Source of the DNA: an uncultured virus (IMG/VR IMGVR_UViG_3300037296_000405)
Taxonomy: Duplodnaviria > Heunggongvirae > Uroviricota > Caudoviricetes
IMG/VR virus record: IMGVR_UViG_3300037296_000405
Direction: 5' to 3' (one strand)
Length of the DNA: 64,000 nt
Shown: positions 10,310 through 20,359 of the stretch, piece by piece
Position numbering within the stretch: the first letter of the stretch is position 1
How the letters are laid out: each line of letters starts with the position of its first letter
Made by a program: the position numbers and the translations under genes
Notes under the pieces: generated by a model
Told to the model about the DNA's origin: nothing
The model's database searches: none
The model's input: only the letters and a program-made list of their open reading frames with translations

Positions 10310-10471
10310 TTATTCTCCATTTTGGCATAAGCATTGTTCGCCTCTTACCATAATTACTTGGGAGTTTTGAGAATTACAATGATATGTGCACTTAGAAAAG
10401 TGTTTATCATAAGATATAGAAGTGCAGGATACAAGAATAAGTGATAAAGTTAGATACATTATAGTTTTCAT
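10310..10471 (-). CDS. small Cys-rich lipoprotein (53 aa)
   Basis: MKTIMYLTLSLILVSC lipobox, then C-x3-C and CLC; not in ORF track. Confidence 0.65.
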   Translation of the reverse strand: MKTIMYLTLSLILVSCTSISYDKHFSKCTYHCNSQNSQVIMVRGEQCLCQNGE

Positions 10472-10626
10472 ATGAATATAAATAGGTAAATATTAAGTAA
10501 TTGTTCTTTTTTATTATAATTATTGAGGTAAAGCGCTGATATTACATTTATTTGTCGATTGATCTTAGTTGTTTAATGTGTTAACATATTATTAGTTTAG
10601 ATTGTTTATTTTAAAAAGAGGATATT

Positions 10627-11199
10627 TTGACTATACAAATTAAAGTTAAAGATTTATTTGGTAAAAATGTTTCTGGAATAAAGCTAGAAACTTATGAACA
10701 TGCCTGTATCTCATTTCTTAATCAATGGGGAATAACAAACGGCATAAACATTGAATTACATTTGGATTTTTTATATAAAGATTTTAATAATTCGAATTCT
10801 GTATTATATAAAGAAGAACAACTTAAACAAGCAACAGGGTCAACTTTTTTTATATCACAAAATAGATTTAAAGTATTTTTAAACAGAAAACATATAATTA
10901 AATTGGTTAATGAAAGCCGAGATTCGAAATTAAATAAAGATGATTTAATTATGTATTTTATTATAACTTCTTTAGCTCATGAGTTAGTTCACGTTAAACA
11001 GCACTTCTATAAAGAGCTTAAATACGTTCATAATAAAGTTTTTTTTAATAATCTTGATATAACTAATGTAGATTGTGAAGCTAATCCTTGCGAAGAAGAA
11101 GCATTTTATTATGCTGAATTAATGAGAAATTCTTATTATAAAGAAAAAGTTATTATGTATGATTTCTTTATAAATGATTATAGTTTTAAGGGTGAATAA
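10627..11199 (+). CDS. HExxH Zn-metallopeptidase-like protein
   Basis: LAHELVHVKQ...PCEEEA; paralog at 48113. Confidence 0.75.
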   Translation: MTIQIKVKDLFGKNVSGIKLETYEHACISFLNQWGITNGINIELHLDFLYKDFNNSNSVLYKEEQLKQATGSTFFISQNRFKVFLNRKHIIKLVNESRDSKLNKDDLIMYFIITSLAHELVHVKQHFYKELKYVHNKVFFNNLDITNVDCEANPCEEEAFYYAELMRNSYYKEKVIMYDFFINDYSFKGE

Positions 11200-11278
11200 A
11201 ATTACTAGGTACATTTACTTTAGCTAAAAATACAGACATTAGTTAATAAATATGATATATTGATTAAAAAGGAATATA

Positions 11279-11776
11279 ATGAAAATTTTAAAAAGTGAGA
11301 ATAATTTAAGCTATGTACCTCTTCCGAATAAAGCGAAATGGATTTCTTCAAGTTATAAAGAATTATCTCTGGATTTAGTTACATCATGTTTTTGTATTGT
11401 TAAATATAAAGATAATTATGTTTTTACTAAACACGTATCCAGAGGAATAGAAATTGCTGGAGGACATAGAGAAGATGAAAGTATACTTGATTGTGTTAAT
11501 AGAGAAATTAGTGAAGAGTTAGGCGTTAAAAATTTAATAGACGTCAAGTATTTGTGTCATCAAGAGATAGAGATTTTAGTGCCAAAAATAAAAGATTATC
11601 AATACCCTTATCCGAAATCTTGTCAAATAATGTTTTTCGCTAAGACAGATTCTTTAGAAGAGTTTGAGAAGTGCTTTGATAGTCTAGGTAGAGTATTGGT
11701 AAAAACTGATGAGATAAAAAAACATCCAATATATGAGCCATGGAGTTTTGTATTTGACCTAATAGTTAATTTTTAA
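11279..11776 (+). CDS. NUDIX hydrolase
   Basis: GGHRE...REISEELG Nudix box. Confidence 0.85.
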   Translation: MKILKSENNLSYVPLPNKAKWISSSYKELSLDLVTSCFCIVKYKDNYVFTKHVSRGIEIAGGHREDESILDCVNREISEELGVKNLIDVKYLCHQEIEILVPKIKDYQYPYPKSCQIMFFAKTDSLEEFEKCFDSLGRVLVKTDEIKKHPIYEPWSFVFDLIVNF

Positions 11777-11778
11777 TA

Positions 11779-12477
11779 TTAGTCAATAGATGAGTATTTT
11801 ATCTTATAGCCTTTTCCGTATACGCTCTCTATTATTGATGTTGGGTATAATTGTTTTCTGATTGAAACTATGTGAGTGTCTATATTCCTGTCATTAACAA
11901 AAACATCATTCCCTAGTATTATTTTGTTAATATCTTTTCTTGAAAATATTTTATTTGGATTTTGAAGTAATAGAAATAAAATCTTGAAAGGAGTCTCTTG
12001 AAATTTGAACTCTTTATCTTGAAGGGAAATTTTTTGTTCTGAAGGGAATATATTGATATCTTTATATGAAATAGTTTTATCATTTATAAATATTTTATTA
12101 TGAATTAAGTGGTTCTTTATTTTAAGTTCTAGAATTTCTAAAACTCTAGGTTTAGATTTGTCTAAGAAGTCTAAAGCTCCAACAGAAAGAGCCTTAAGTA
12201 TTGTAGGCGGATGAGTTATTCCAGATAATACAATTATAGGGATTTGACTTAATCTACTTTTCTCTTTTGACCATGAACAAAAAGTACAAGCGGTTTCTTC
12301 TAAAATATTCCAATCCAAAAGAAATAAATCAAAGTGTTGCTCATCTACAATTTTTTTAGCATCTTTAATTGAAGAAACATGAACAAAATCATACGGAGAG
12401 TCTTTAAAATGAAGATCAACAATCTCTTTAAAATCATTAGAATCCTCTACGTACAATATTGAAAAACTTTTAGTCAT
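11779..12477 (-). CDS. OmpR/PhoB-family response regulator
   Basis: REC (VED, LLD, LSG, DFLDK) plus winged helix (SRKDI, RNIDTHIVSIRK, VYGKGY). Confidence 0.92.
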   Translation of the reverse strand: MTKSFSILYVEDSNDFKEIVDLHFKDSPYDFVHVSSIKDAKKIVDEQHFDLFLLDWNILEETACTFCSWSKEKSRLSQIPIIVLSGITHPPTILKALSVGALDFLDKSKPRVLEILELKIKNHLIHNKIFINDKTISYKDINIFPSEQKISLQDKEFKFQETPFKILFLLLQNPNKIFSRKDINKIILGNDVFVNDRNIDTHIVSIRKQLYPTSIIESVYGKGYKIKYSSID

Positions 12478-12522
12478 TAAATTATTTTAGTAAAATAATA
12501 TAAAAAAGTCAAATAAAAGTGA

Positions 12523-13323
12523 TTAAACCGATGGAATGTTCATATAATCAAAGAAAACACCTTGAATTCCCGGAGATTTTCCTTTTTTTGTAACGTACTT
12601 AAAAACTTCATTTGACATTTGGCAACCACACATCCATACCATGCTTGGGAAATGTCTTTGAAATTCAAAATTGATTATCTTATCTACAATATCATCAGAT
12701 AGAATATTATCACTAGGAAAGTGCTTTCTCGTGTATTCAATATCTTTCTTTAAACAAGCCTTTCTTATTTCTTCAGTAAATTCATCTGAATGTTTGAGAT
12801 CTTTACTAGGATAGCCCATAAAGTCTTCTGGAGATATTTTTGAATTAGGCTCTACAACAAAAGTATTTACAACAGGAGTTAACCAAGCATCTACCATAAA
12901 TTTATTTTGTACATGAACTTCTCTTCTTAATAATATTGAATGTGCAATATCATCTATCCCATTAACTATCACCGTATGTGATTCCACTAGTTTAGAACGA
13001 TTTTCGTCAGTAATTCCTTCAGGAAGTTTAACTATTTTTACGTTAGGATTTATAGATTTGAAGTTCTCTACCAGCACATCAATTTTATTTTTATTTAAAT
13101 TTGTAGTATTACAGTAAATCTGTCTATTTGTGTTTGATATTTCAAAATAGTCAAAGTCAGCTATAGTAAAGTTTATAAATCCAAGTCTAACTAGTAATTC
13201 ACAACAAACGCCACCCATACCCCCAACACCAGCAACTAGTACATTTTGTTCTTGTATTTTTTTAAATTCATCTTTAGAATAAAAGTCAAAGCTTCTATTA
13301 AACATCTCTTCATTTGTGTACAT
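12523..13323 (-). CDS. ThiF/HesA/MoeB-family adenylyltransferase without Zn CxxC motifs
   Basis: GVGGMGG, DFDYFEISNTNRQ, NKID. Confidence 0.9.
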   Translation of the reverse strand: MYTNEEMFNRSFDFYSKDEFKKIQEQNVLVAGVGGMGGVCCELLVRLGFINFTIADFDYFEISNTNRQIYCNTTNLNKNKIDVLVENFKSINPNVKIVKLPEGITDENRSKLVESHTVIVNGIDDIAHSILLRREVHVQNKFMVDAWLTPVVNTFVVEPNSKISPEDFMGYPSKDLKHSDEFTEEIRKACLKKDIEYTRKHFPSDNILSDDIVDKIINFEFQRHFPSMVWMCGCQMSNEVFKYVTKKGKSPGIQGVFFDYMNIPSV

Positions 13324-13324
13324 A

Positions 13325-14119
13325 TTAATCTCCTTTGATTAAGTTAAAGCTTGATTTCTCAAGTATTTTTTTAAAGTTTTCATAAGATTTTTGGTTCATC
13401 ATTCCAATTTGAATAAGGTCTTCACCTTTAGTTAGGTCAATCCAGAAGTTAACAAAAAGAAGTTGATTTACATCATGATGACGAGGAAGGTCTCTTATGT
13501 TAGTTCCAAAACCCATTTCTGAAAGAGGTGATTGTAAGACGAATCTTTTTAAATTAAGTGTTATTCCACTTGGAAATAAAGGAACTATATATTCTTGATA
13601 AAGGAGTGAACAGAAATCTTTATATTCTTTAGGAGGAAATTGAAGGTTTTTGCTATAGTAATTTGGCCAGACATCTTCAAATATTTCAGATACAATTCCG
13701 ATAATATTCGGTACAGTCGATATATTAGATATATGATATTCTTTACCAAAGTATTCATACATTAATGCATTAGAATATAAATAAGGAATTTTTAATAAAT
13801 CTAATCCACTATTTTTAAAGATCATAACTAGACCTTGGTGAACAAAAGGTTTATCTTCAGCTATTATTACATTGTAGAAGAAACCACAAACTTCATTGTC
13901 TTCATTGTAATAAACAGCTAATAATATTTTACTGAAAAAGTCTAGTATCTCTTGTTTCGAGATATTTTCTTTAAAGATTCCATACTTTAGGTCATTACCT
14001 GAAGCTTTATTTACATAACAAAGTTCCTTATAAAGAGATTCAGTTAAGCTTGGATTACTTCCGGGCTTAATGTGATAATTGATCTTGTAGTTCTTGTATT
14101 GAGTTGTATATTTTTTCAT
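13325..14119 (-). CDS. hypothetical protein, possible GNAT/acyltransferase fold
   Basis: beta-rich LAVYY...VCGFFY...FVHQGLVMI followed by helix; coupled to ThiF; fold is inferred. Confidence 0.5.
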   Translation of the reverse strand: MKKYTTQYKNYKINYHIKPGSNPSLTESLYKELCYVNKASGNDLKYGIFKENISKQEILDFFSKILLAVYYNEDNEVCGFFYNVIIAEDKPFVHQGLVMIFKNSGLDLLKIPYLYSNALMYEYFGKEYHISNISTVPNIIGIVSEIFEDVWPNYYSKNLQFPPKEYKDFCSLLYQEYIVPLFPSGITLNLKRFVLQSPLSEMGFGTNIRDLPRHHDVNQLLFVNFWIDLTKGEDLIQIGMMNQKSYENFKKILEKSSFNLIKGD

Positions 14120-14160
14120 ATTGATTAAATATAAAATAGCAAAAATATAGATTGAACTTG

Positions 14161-14216
14161 AATGTTATTTAACATTGTTTTAACATTGTAAATTGATAAG
14201 ATCACTTTAAAGTGAT
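14161..14216. promoter_or_regulatory. tandem 11-bp direct repeat TTTAACATTGT x2 plus 16-bp palindrome ATCACTTTAAAGTGAT
   Basis: repeats at 14168-14178 and 14179-14189; palindrome 14201-14216; divergent promoter region. Confidence 0.65.
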
Positions 14217-14227
14217 ATAATATAAAA

Positions 14228-15385
14228 ATGAAAGAGGATAAAAATAAAATTTTTATAGGTTCAATTCTTTGCTTATTCTATTCAATACTAACTGTTTGTT
14301 TTGAGTACGAATCAATAATTCCTATTTATAGTAAACTATTTGTGGGAACAAAATCTATTATAATTTTATGCTACGTGTTAATTATAGGATTAATAAAGTT
14401 TGATAAAAATGTAAATATTCTTAGTGTTCAAAAGTTTTTTATAATAACGACTGCGGTGTACTGTTGTGTTGGTGAGGTTTTTTATCCGGGGTATCATTTA
14501 GCTTATATACAACTTAATATAGTGTTACCTCTAGTTTATTCTGTTAGTAAGAAGTTTAATACCCGATTTATTATTATTTTTGCTACATCATATCTAGGTG
14601 TATTTAATTATTTTAATTTACATGAGCAAAAAGAATCTTATGCAAACTATATATTTGATATAAATACTGCTGTAATAACAGTAGCTATGTTAACTTTGTT
14701 TTTATACTTGTATGTAGATGCTATAAAGAAAGAAAAGACTATTATCGATAACCAATTTAAAAAACTAGGAAAAAATTTAAGTAGAGTTGTTCACGATATT
14801 AAATCGGGGATTCAGGCACCCGTTATGATGGTAGATGATTTAATTCAAAATAAGTCAGAATATAGTCCAAGTGAATTCGATAGCACTTTAGTTGATGTTA
14901 AAGATTTTCTTGGCGATATACAATTAGATTTAAGAAATGTTAACTCTTTCTTTGAAGTTATAAATGATAAAGAAGATAATGACATGTCTATAATTACGAG
15001 TAAGCTATCAGAGGAATACAAAATTCAAAACCCTGATAAGAAACTTTTACATCTAAGTATTAAAGGAGACAATTCTATTAATTTTAATAAAAAACTACTA
15101 GAATCAGTCATTAGAAATTTAATCTCAAATTCTTTCTATTATGGTAAATCTGAATTTTTTATAGAAATTAATATAAAAAATAATACGATGAAATATTTAG
15201 ATTCTAATGGTGGATATCCCGTAGAAGTATTATCGAATATAAACAAGGGTATTCCAGTCAATTCCAATAGAAGTGATGGTAATGGTGTAGGTCTAGTTGG
15301 AATTAAAGAAGTTTTAGAAGATTGCGGAAGTAAGATATATTTTTTTAATAAAGGAGAAAAAGCATGTGTAGAAATAGTATTTTAA
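14228..15385 (+). CDS. membrane sensor histidine kinase (about 5-6 TM input domain)
   Basis: hydrophobic N-half; HDIKS H-box, NLISNS, DSNGG, GNGVGL. Confidence 0.88.
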   Translation: MKEDKNKIFIGSILCLFYSILTVCFEYESIIPIYSKLFVGTKSIIILCYVLIIGLIKFDKNVNILSVQKFFIITTAVYCCVGEVFYPGYHLAYIQLNIVLPLVYSVSKKFNTRFIIIFATSYLGVFNYFNLHEQKESYANYIFDINTAVITVAMLTLFLYLYVDAIKKEKTIIDNQFKKLGKNLSRVVHDIKSGIQAPVMMVDDLIQNKSEYSPSEFDSTLVDVKDFLGDIQLDLRNVNSFFEVINDKEDNDMSIITSKLSEEYKIQNPDKKLLHLSIKGDNSINFNKKLLESVIRNLISNSFYYGKSEFFIEINIKNNTMKYLDSNGGYPVEVLSNINKGIPVNSNRSDGNGVGLVGIKEVLEDCGSKIYFFNKGEKACVEIVF

Positions 15386-16437
15386 AGAAAAAAAATATTT
15401 TGGTTGTAGACGATGATCCTAAGATTGTAAAGGTTCTAAAAAGAGTTGCCAGTAGAAATTTTAATGAAGTTTATACAGCATATTCGGCTAATGAGGCTAT
15501 AAAGATTTTAGAGACAGAGATTGTTGATTTAGTTTTAACCGATTACGAAATGAAAGAAGGTGATGGAATCCACTTATCAAAGAATATAAAAGACAAATAT
15601 TTAATTCCATTTGTAGTAATGTCTGGAAAATTAACGAAAGAAGCTATGTTTTCTTTCTCTAATAATGGATGTTTTAAGATGATGGAAAAACCATTTGATT
15701 TAAAAGTGTTTAACTCTTTACTTGAAGAGCTAGAAGATTTCTTTACCAAAGAGAACGAGAGCCAGTCATTAATAGACTTAGGAGAATCTCTTGGGTTTAT
15801 AATTCATGAGATAGCTAATCCTTTAACTGTTTTAGATTTTAACTGTTCAAGGGCAAAAAGATTTCTTGATGATGAAGGTATTGAAACTGTAGAGTTAGAT
15901 AAATTACTGAATGTAACTCATCAAAATGTAGAAAGGATTTCTAAAATAATCACTAATATTAGAGACGTAATGTCTTTCTCATCCAAAGACCAAAGAAAAA
16001 CTGAATACGCATTAAGTTTTATATCTAATGAATTAGAAAATAACGATTACATAAAAATGCTATCTTCAGATTTAAATATAGTTTATGAAGGTTTTGGTGA
16101 GGAAGTTATTAATGTTAATTTAGATCAAATAGTTTTACTATTTACTAATATAATTAAAAACTCTCAAGAAGCTATTGGTGTAGGAAATAAAGGTTATATA
16201 AAAATTAATGCTAAGGAATCTGATGGAAAATTTAATTTTATAATTATCGATTCAGGTCCGGGCGTAACGGAAGAGCAAGCAACGAAGTTGTTTAAGAAAA
16301 GAGTAACTTTTAAAAAGAACGGTACTGGATTTGGTTTTGAATTATGTAAGAAAATTGTTGAAAATCATAAAGGCTCTATTGCCGTAGAAAATAATTATCC
16401 AATGACATTAAATTTGTCATTATCAAAAGCTCAATAA
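15364..16437 (+). CDS. hybrid receiver-histidine kinase (REC-HisKA-HATPase)
   Basis: VVDDD, LTDYEM, HEIANPL, NIIKNS, DSGPG, GTGFG. Confidence 0.9.
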   Translation: MCRNSILKKKNILVVDDDPKIVKVLKRVASRNFNEVYTAYSANEAIKILETEIVDLVLTDYEMKEGDGIHLSKNIKDKYLIPFVVMSGKLTKEAMFSFSNNGCFKMMEKPFDLKVFNSLLEELEDFFTKENESQSLIDLGESLGFIIHEIANPLTVLDFNCSRAKRFLDDEGIETVELDKLLNVTHQNVERISKIITNIRDVMSFSSKDQRKTEYALSFISNELENNDYIKMLSSDLNIVYEGFGEEVINVNLDQIVLLFTNIIKNSQEAIGVGNKGYIKINAKESDGKFNFIIIDSGPGVTEEQATKLFKKRVTFKKNGTGFGFELCKKIVENHKGSIAVENNYPMTLNLSLSKAQ

Positions 16438-16458
16438 AATAAGGAAAAGGAAGTTGTT

Positions 16459-16734
16459 TTGAGAAATGATAAAATGTTTAAAGTTTTAATAGGATATTCA
16501 GAAAGAAATAAAGGCTATCCAAAAGATATACCTTGGTCTATTGTTGAACCTTTTGAGTCAAGAGCTAAAAAGAATCATAGTCAAAGTTTAATTGAGTTAA
16601 ATGATCGAGGCGGATTAAGTATAGAAGAATTATATTGCTTACTGAATGACCAAGCGACTCATTGGTATTTTAATGATGACTCAAAAAATATAAAACATGC
16701 TTTAGAATTTGTGAAAAGTAAAATCGTTAGTTAA
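16459..16734 (+). CDS. phage-type hypothetical protein
   Basis: ORF with IPW...NHSQSL..L..RGGLS..E pattern. Confidence 0.6.
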   Translation: MRNDKMFKVLIGYSERNKGYPKDIPWSIVEPFESRAKKNHSQSLIELNDRGGLSIEELYCLLNDQATHWYFNDDSKNIKHALEFVKSKIVS

Positions 16735-16754
16735 TAAAAGACTATCTTTATCGT

Positions 16755-17303
16755 TTAGTCTTTTTGTTTTTTTATATCGACTTCATATATCTTCCATAAA
16801 AACTGTTGAAATACAATATCTAATGTAAGTGATGATATAAATTCTACTTCATCCTTATTTTCTTTAAACTCCTTAGTCATAGCATTTAAAATACTTTTCT
16901 TAAGACCTGTTTCATATTGTTTATAAATGTCATTAAAAGCAATTCTATCGTTATCATCTTTAAGTTTAGAGTAGTTGTCTTTGTATAAAGTAAATGTTTT
17001 AAAGAATTGCTCGGGGTCTTTATTGAATCCGTAATCATCTTCTAATTCCTTTTTTAAAGATTTTAAGTTATCTAAACAAGAAAAGTCAAGAATTACATTT
17101 TCTAAGTAAAATTCATTGTCTAGTATTTTTAATGTTGTATCTTTATAATCTGCATATTTAATTATTCTCTTTACGGAGTAATCATCTTCTTTTCCACTAT
17201 TTGCGACGCCCATATAAATATAACTTTGGTGGTCATTTTTCAATTTGACTCTAGTTCCTTCTGTTCGGCATTTCTTACTTACTGCAAATCTAATGTCACT
17301 CAT
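16755..17303 (-). CDS. hypothetical protein
   Basis: AGGAG RBS before ATG 17303. Confidence 0.7.
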   Translation of the reverse strand: MSDIRFAVSKKCRTEGTRVKLKNDHQSYIYMGVANSGKEDDYSVKRIIKYADYKDTTLKILDNEFYLENVILDFSCLDNLKSLKKELEDDYGFNKDPEQFFKTFTLYKDNYSKLKDDNDRIAFNDIYKQYETGLKKSILNAMTKEFKENKDEVEFISSLTLDIVFQQFLWKIYEVDIKKQKD

Positions 17304-17436
17304 AATTCTCCTGTTAATCAAATATAAGCTACTTTAACACAAAACATAAGTAATTACAATTAATTGTTATGTATATATTTCTTGAATATAACTTACTTCT
17401 ATGGTAAGATTAAATATAAAATAAAGGTTATAAAGT

Positions 17437-17703
17437 ATGAATAGTATTACAAAATTAACATTTCACTTAATAGTAACGTTTATAATTCTTGAGAAGTCAG
17501 GATCTACAGATGTTTTTTCCATGGTAACTTTTGGACACAACGTAACTTGGAAGATGTTTTTATGCGGGCTACATCTAGGATGTGTTCTATGGGTGTTAAT
17601 TCCATTATTAGAAAAAGAAAAGATTATATATATATTGTTTTATTTAGCTGTCCAAACTTTTATAGTATTCTATTCTCTTCACTTATTGGGTCTATCTGTA
17701 TGA
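17437..17703 (+). CDS. small membrane protein
   Basis: hydrophobic ORF. Confidence 0.6.
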   Translation: MNSITKLTFHLIVTFIILEKSGSTDVFSMVTFGHNVTWKMFLCGLHLGCVLWVLIPLLEKEKIIYILFYLAVQTFIVFYSLHLLGLSV

Positions 17704-17995
17704 AAAAATAATTAAGAAATTATTTTGTAAGCATAATTACTCAAAAATAGGTTATGCCGTATGTGTAGGTACTAATGAAAGCTCTATGATGAAATTTCAT
17801 AAACATATAATACATTGTGAATATTGTGGCAAAGAAGATATAGGTGATAATAAGTTTTGTTTAGATGATAACAATGATTTCACTTCTGTATACATACCTT
17901 GTAAAGTAGCTATTATAGATAAGTATTATTCACAAGATTCTTCTTATGAAAGCCCTGTTTCTGGGTGGATGGAACAGCCTGAGGGGTATTTCTAA
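17700..17995 (+). pseudogene. Zn-ribbon-type small protein frameshifted in a poly-A run after ATG
   Basis: ATG-A6-TAA; one extra A gives MKKIIKKLFCKHNY... in frame with 17786-17995 (CEYC). Confidence 0.6.
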
Positions 17996-18095
17996 ATTTA
18001 AGTTAAATTAAATTCATCTTTTGTAAAAAAAGTATTGATCTTATTAATCATTGGTGATATAGTTTATATAAGAACTAACCAACTTAGGAGATTAT

Positions 18096-18395
18096 ATGAA
18101 TTCACTTTATACACAAACAAAAATAAGTCCACCAAAGCTAAATATCAAAAGCGATTGTAAAGAAGTTATTTTAGAACTAGTTAGTGTTATGTGTGATAAT
18201 AAATATAGATTTCACTTTAAGAAAGAAAACGATGAATTTAAATTATCAACAATGGGTCAAGCCTTTGGTAACTTTAATATCCAAGGTGTAAAATCTATAG
18301 ATTTAGAGTGGTTAGCTGATGGGAATGATTGGGAAGGAATCGTAAGTAAAATTAATACTGGTACAGTAAAAGTTTATGATGCAAAAGCAAGATAA
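18096..18395 (+). CDS. hypothetical protein
   Basis: TTGATC-N17-TATAGT promoter and AGGAG RBS. Confidence 0.75.
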   Translation: MNSLYTQTKISPPKLNIKSDCKEVILELVSVMCDNKYRFHFKKENDEFKLSTMGQAFGNFNIQGVKSIDLEWLADGNDWEGIVSKINTGTVKVYDAKAR

Positions 18396-18421
18396 TCAAA
18401 TATCTAATAAAAGGATTAAAT

Positions 18422-18634
18422 ATGAAAGAAAAAATTATACCATTAGCTTGCTTGACTATTCTTGCAGTTGTAGCTTCTTATTTGTTTTACACAATGAATT
18501 TATCTGAAGTTATTGACTTTAAGGTAGTAGATAAATATTCAGAGATAAAAGATAAGTCCACTATATATTTTTTAGTTGGAGAAAATGAAACGGTTACAGC
18601 TTTCAATAATTTGAGTTATCTATTCGCACGATGA
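18422..18634 (+). CDS. small membrane-anchored protein, possibly truncated
   Basis: N-terminal TM; followed by degenerate sequence. Confidence 0.55.
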   Translation: MKEKIIPLACLTILAVVASYLFYTMNLSEVIDFKVVDKYSEIKDKSTIYFLVGENETVTAFNNLSYLFAR

Positions 18635-18882
18635 TCTTTGTTGCCTTAATTTCGTATCATTTTTGCTTTCAGTTCAAACCTTTGGATTAGTAAGACCTAT
18701 TCACTTTCTCTTTAAATGGGTTTTTTATTTTGAATAATGGCGTTTGTTTTTTGCATTTTTTTTATATTTGTATGGTTGTGTATTCAAATATATTTAAATT
18801 CTCTTTTATTACAGTGCTTTAGGTTGTGTTTTAGGGTTTAGTTGTGTTCATTTTTTAAACATATAAGATAAAATCCATTTAT

Positions 18883-19203
18883 ATGATGAGGTTTTTAATG
18901 CATATAATTATAAAATTAATTAAACAAATGAATAATGACACTCTGAATGTTTCAGAGATACATTACGATGATGAACGCATAAGATTTTGTTATAAAGGTT
19001 TTAATTTTTGTATTAATGAGTACGTTTCTAAGAAGAACTATTCTTTAGAATATAACTTATTTTGTAAAGATTATGGATTGATGTATGAGTCATATTTTTC
19101 TCAATTAAAAAACTTTAAAGAAGATTTTAGAATTCTTTATCGTTCACTAATGAAGAAAAAAGAAGATAAGACAGAAATTGAGAAAATACTCTATTGTTAT
19201 TAA
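18883..19203 (+). CDS. hypothetical protein
   Basis: ORF. Confidence 0.6.
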   Translation: MMRFLMHIIIKLIKQMNNDTLNVSEIHYDDERIRFCYKGFNFCINEYVSKKNYSLEYNLFCKDYGLMYESYFSQLKNFKEDFRILYRSLMKKKEDKTEIEKILYCY

Positions 19204-19273
19204 TAATTTAATTTCTTAACTTTGTAAATTTTATTATATACTCTATACATTTTTTAGATTATCTTTTATTATC

Positions 19274-19759
19274 TTAATATAAATTTAACGATATAATTTC
19301 TTTTTTCACTTTTTTGCTTGTTCTATATTTTTTACTTCTAAATCTTTGGTCTTTTTTCTTTTGTTCACTTAGACATTTTTCAATCAAAGTACTAAGTATT
19401 TGTAATTTTCCTTTGTTGATCGATTTAATTTTTGTGCCATAGTACTTATTATGAGAAGCTATAGTTAAATATAACTCTTTATTATTAAAATAAATATCAA
19501 TACTCGATAATCTATCATTAGCATTATAAACAAACTCAAAGTATAAAACATAGCTTTTTTGATTTTCAAACTCAAATTTTTTATGAAAAGATTGAATTTG
19601 AGCTGTTTTAATATCCTTATTTGTATGATGAATCATCTGAGAACTTGTCCAGTAACCCTGTTTAGAATGAGATATTCTAAAGTTAGTACCAACATTTTTG
19701 TGGTTATAGTTGTTTATCATTGTTAAGATTTGGTTCGATGTAATTTCTTTTAATTTCAT
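19274..19759 (-). CDS. hypothetical protein
   Basis: AAGGAG RBS. Confidence 0.7.
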   Translation of the reverse strand: MKLKEITSNQILTMINNYNHKNVGTNFRISHSKQGYWTSSQMIHHTNKDIKTAQIQSFHKKFEFENQKSYVLYFEFVYNANDRLSSIDIYFNNKELYLTIASHNKYYGTKIKSINKGKLQILSTLIEKCLSEQKKKDQRFRSKKYRTSKKVKKEIISLNLY

Positions 19760-20004
19760 AAAATCTCCTTTTAATTATCTTACCACGAATGATTAAAAGG
19801 GGAAAGTACTTTTTGTTGTTTTTGTAGAATAGTGTATTAAAATCAGTAATTTAAAAAAGTAGTAACAGTATTTAAAGAGAATAATAGACTTTTCTATAGG
19901 AATTGTTTAATATTTATTTAATGTTTGTAGTGACAATCTTATAAATTTATTTAAATCTTTTTATTTTAAGTATTTATGGTATAATTTAATAAAAAGGATA
20001 AAAT

Positions 20005-20349
20005 ATGTTTCCTATATATCAATTAAGTAACGATGAAATATCAGCTAAGTACTTTAATACAATTACCGAAATGAAGTCATATATGGATGGATTTTATCTT
20101 ACACAAAACCCTCATATTTCAATTACTACAAAGATAAAAGATTTGTACAATATGACTAATTATAATGAATTGAGGAGTATTGACATTGAAGAATTAGTTA
20201 ATTCAAATTGGAAGGGTTTTAGCACTTTTGATAAGTACTTTGATAAAACGTTTAAAAAAGACATAAAATTAAATAAAGACGATTATATAAAATTTGTTAC
20301 TTTTGTTAAGAAAGATGTTGAAGAATTAATTAAAGACGTTTGTTGGTAA
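20005..20349 (+). CDS. hypothetical protein
   Basis: TGG-TATAAT promoter, AAGGA RBS. Confidence 0.7.
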   Translation: MFPIYQLSNDEISAKYFNTITEMKSYMDGFYLTQNPHISITTKIKDLYNMTNYNELRSIDIEELVNSNWKGFSTFDKYFDKTFKKDIKLNKDDYIKFVTFVKKDVEELIKDVCW

Positions 20350-20359
20350 TATATAGGGG

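Noticed and set aside
12523..13323. ThiF as a CBASS/ubiquitin-like E1 or as a thiamine/molybdopterin enzyme
   Set aside because: No E2, JAB, Ubl, cyclase or cofactor genes nearby, and no Zn-binding CxxC pairs
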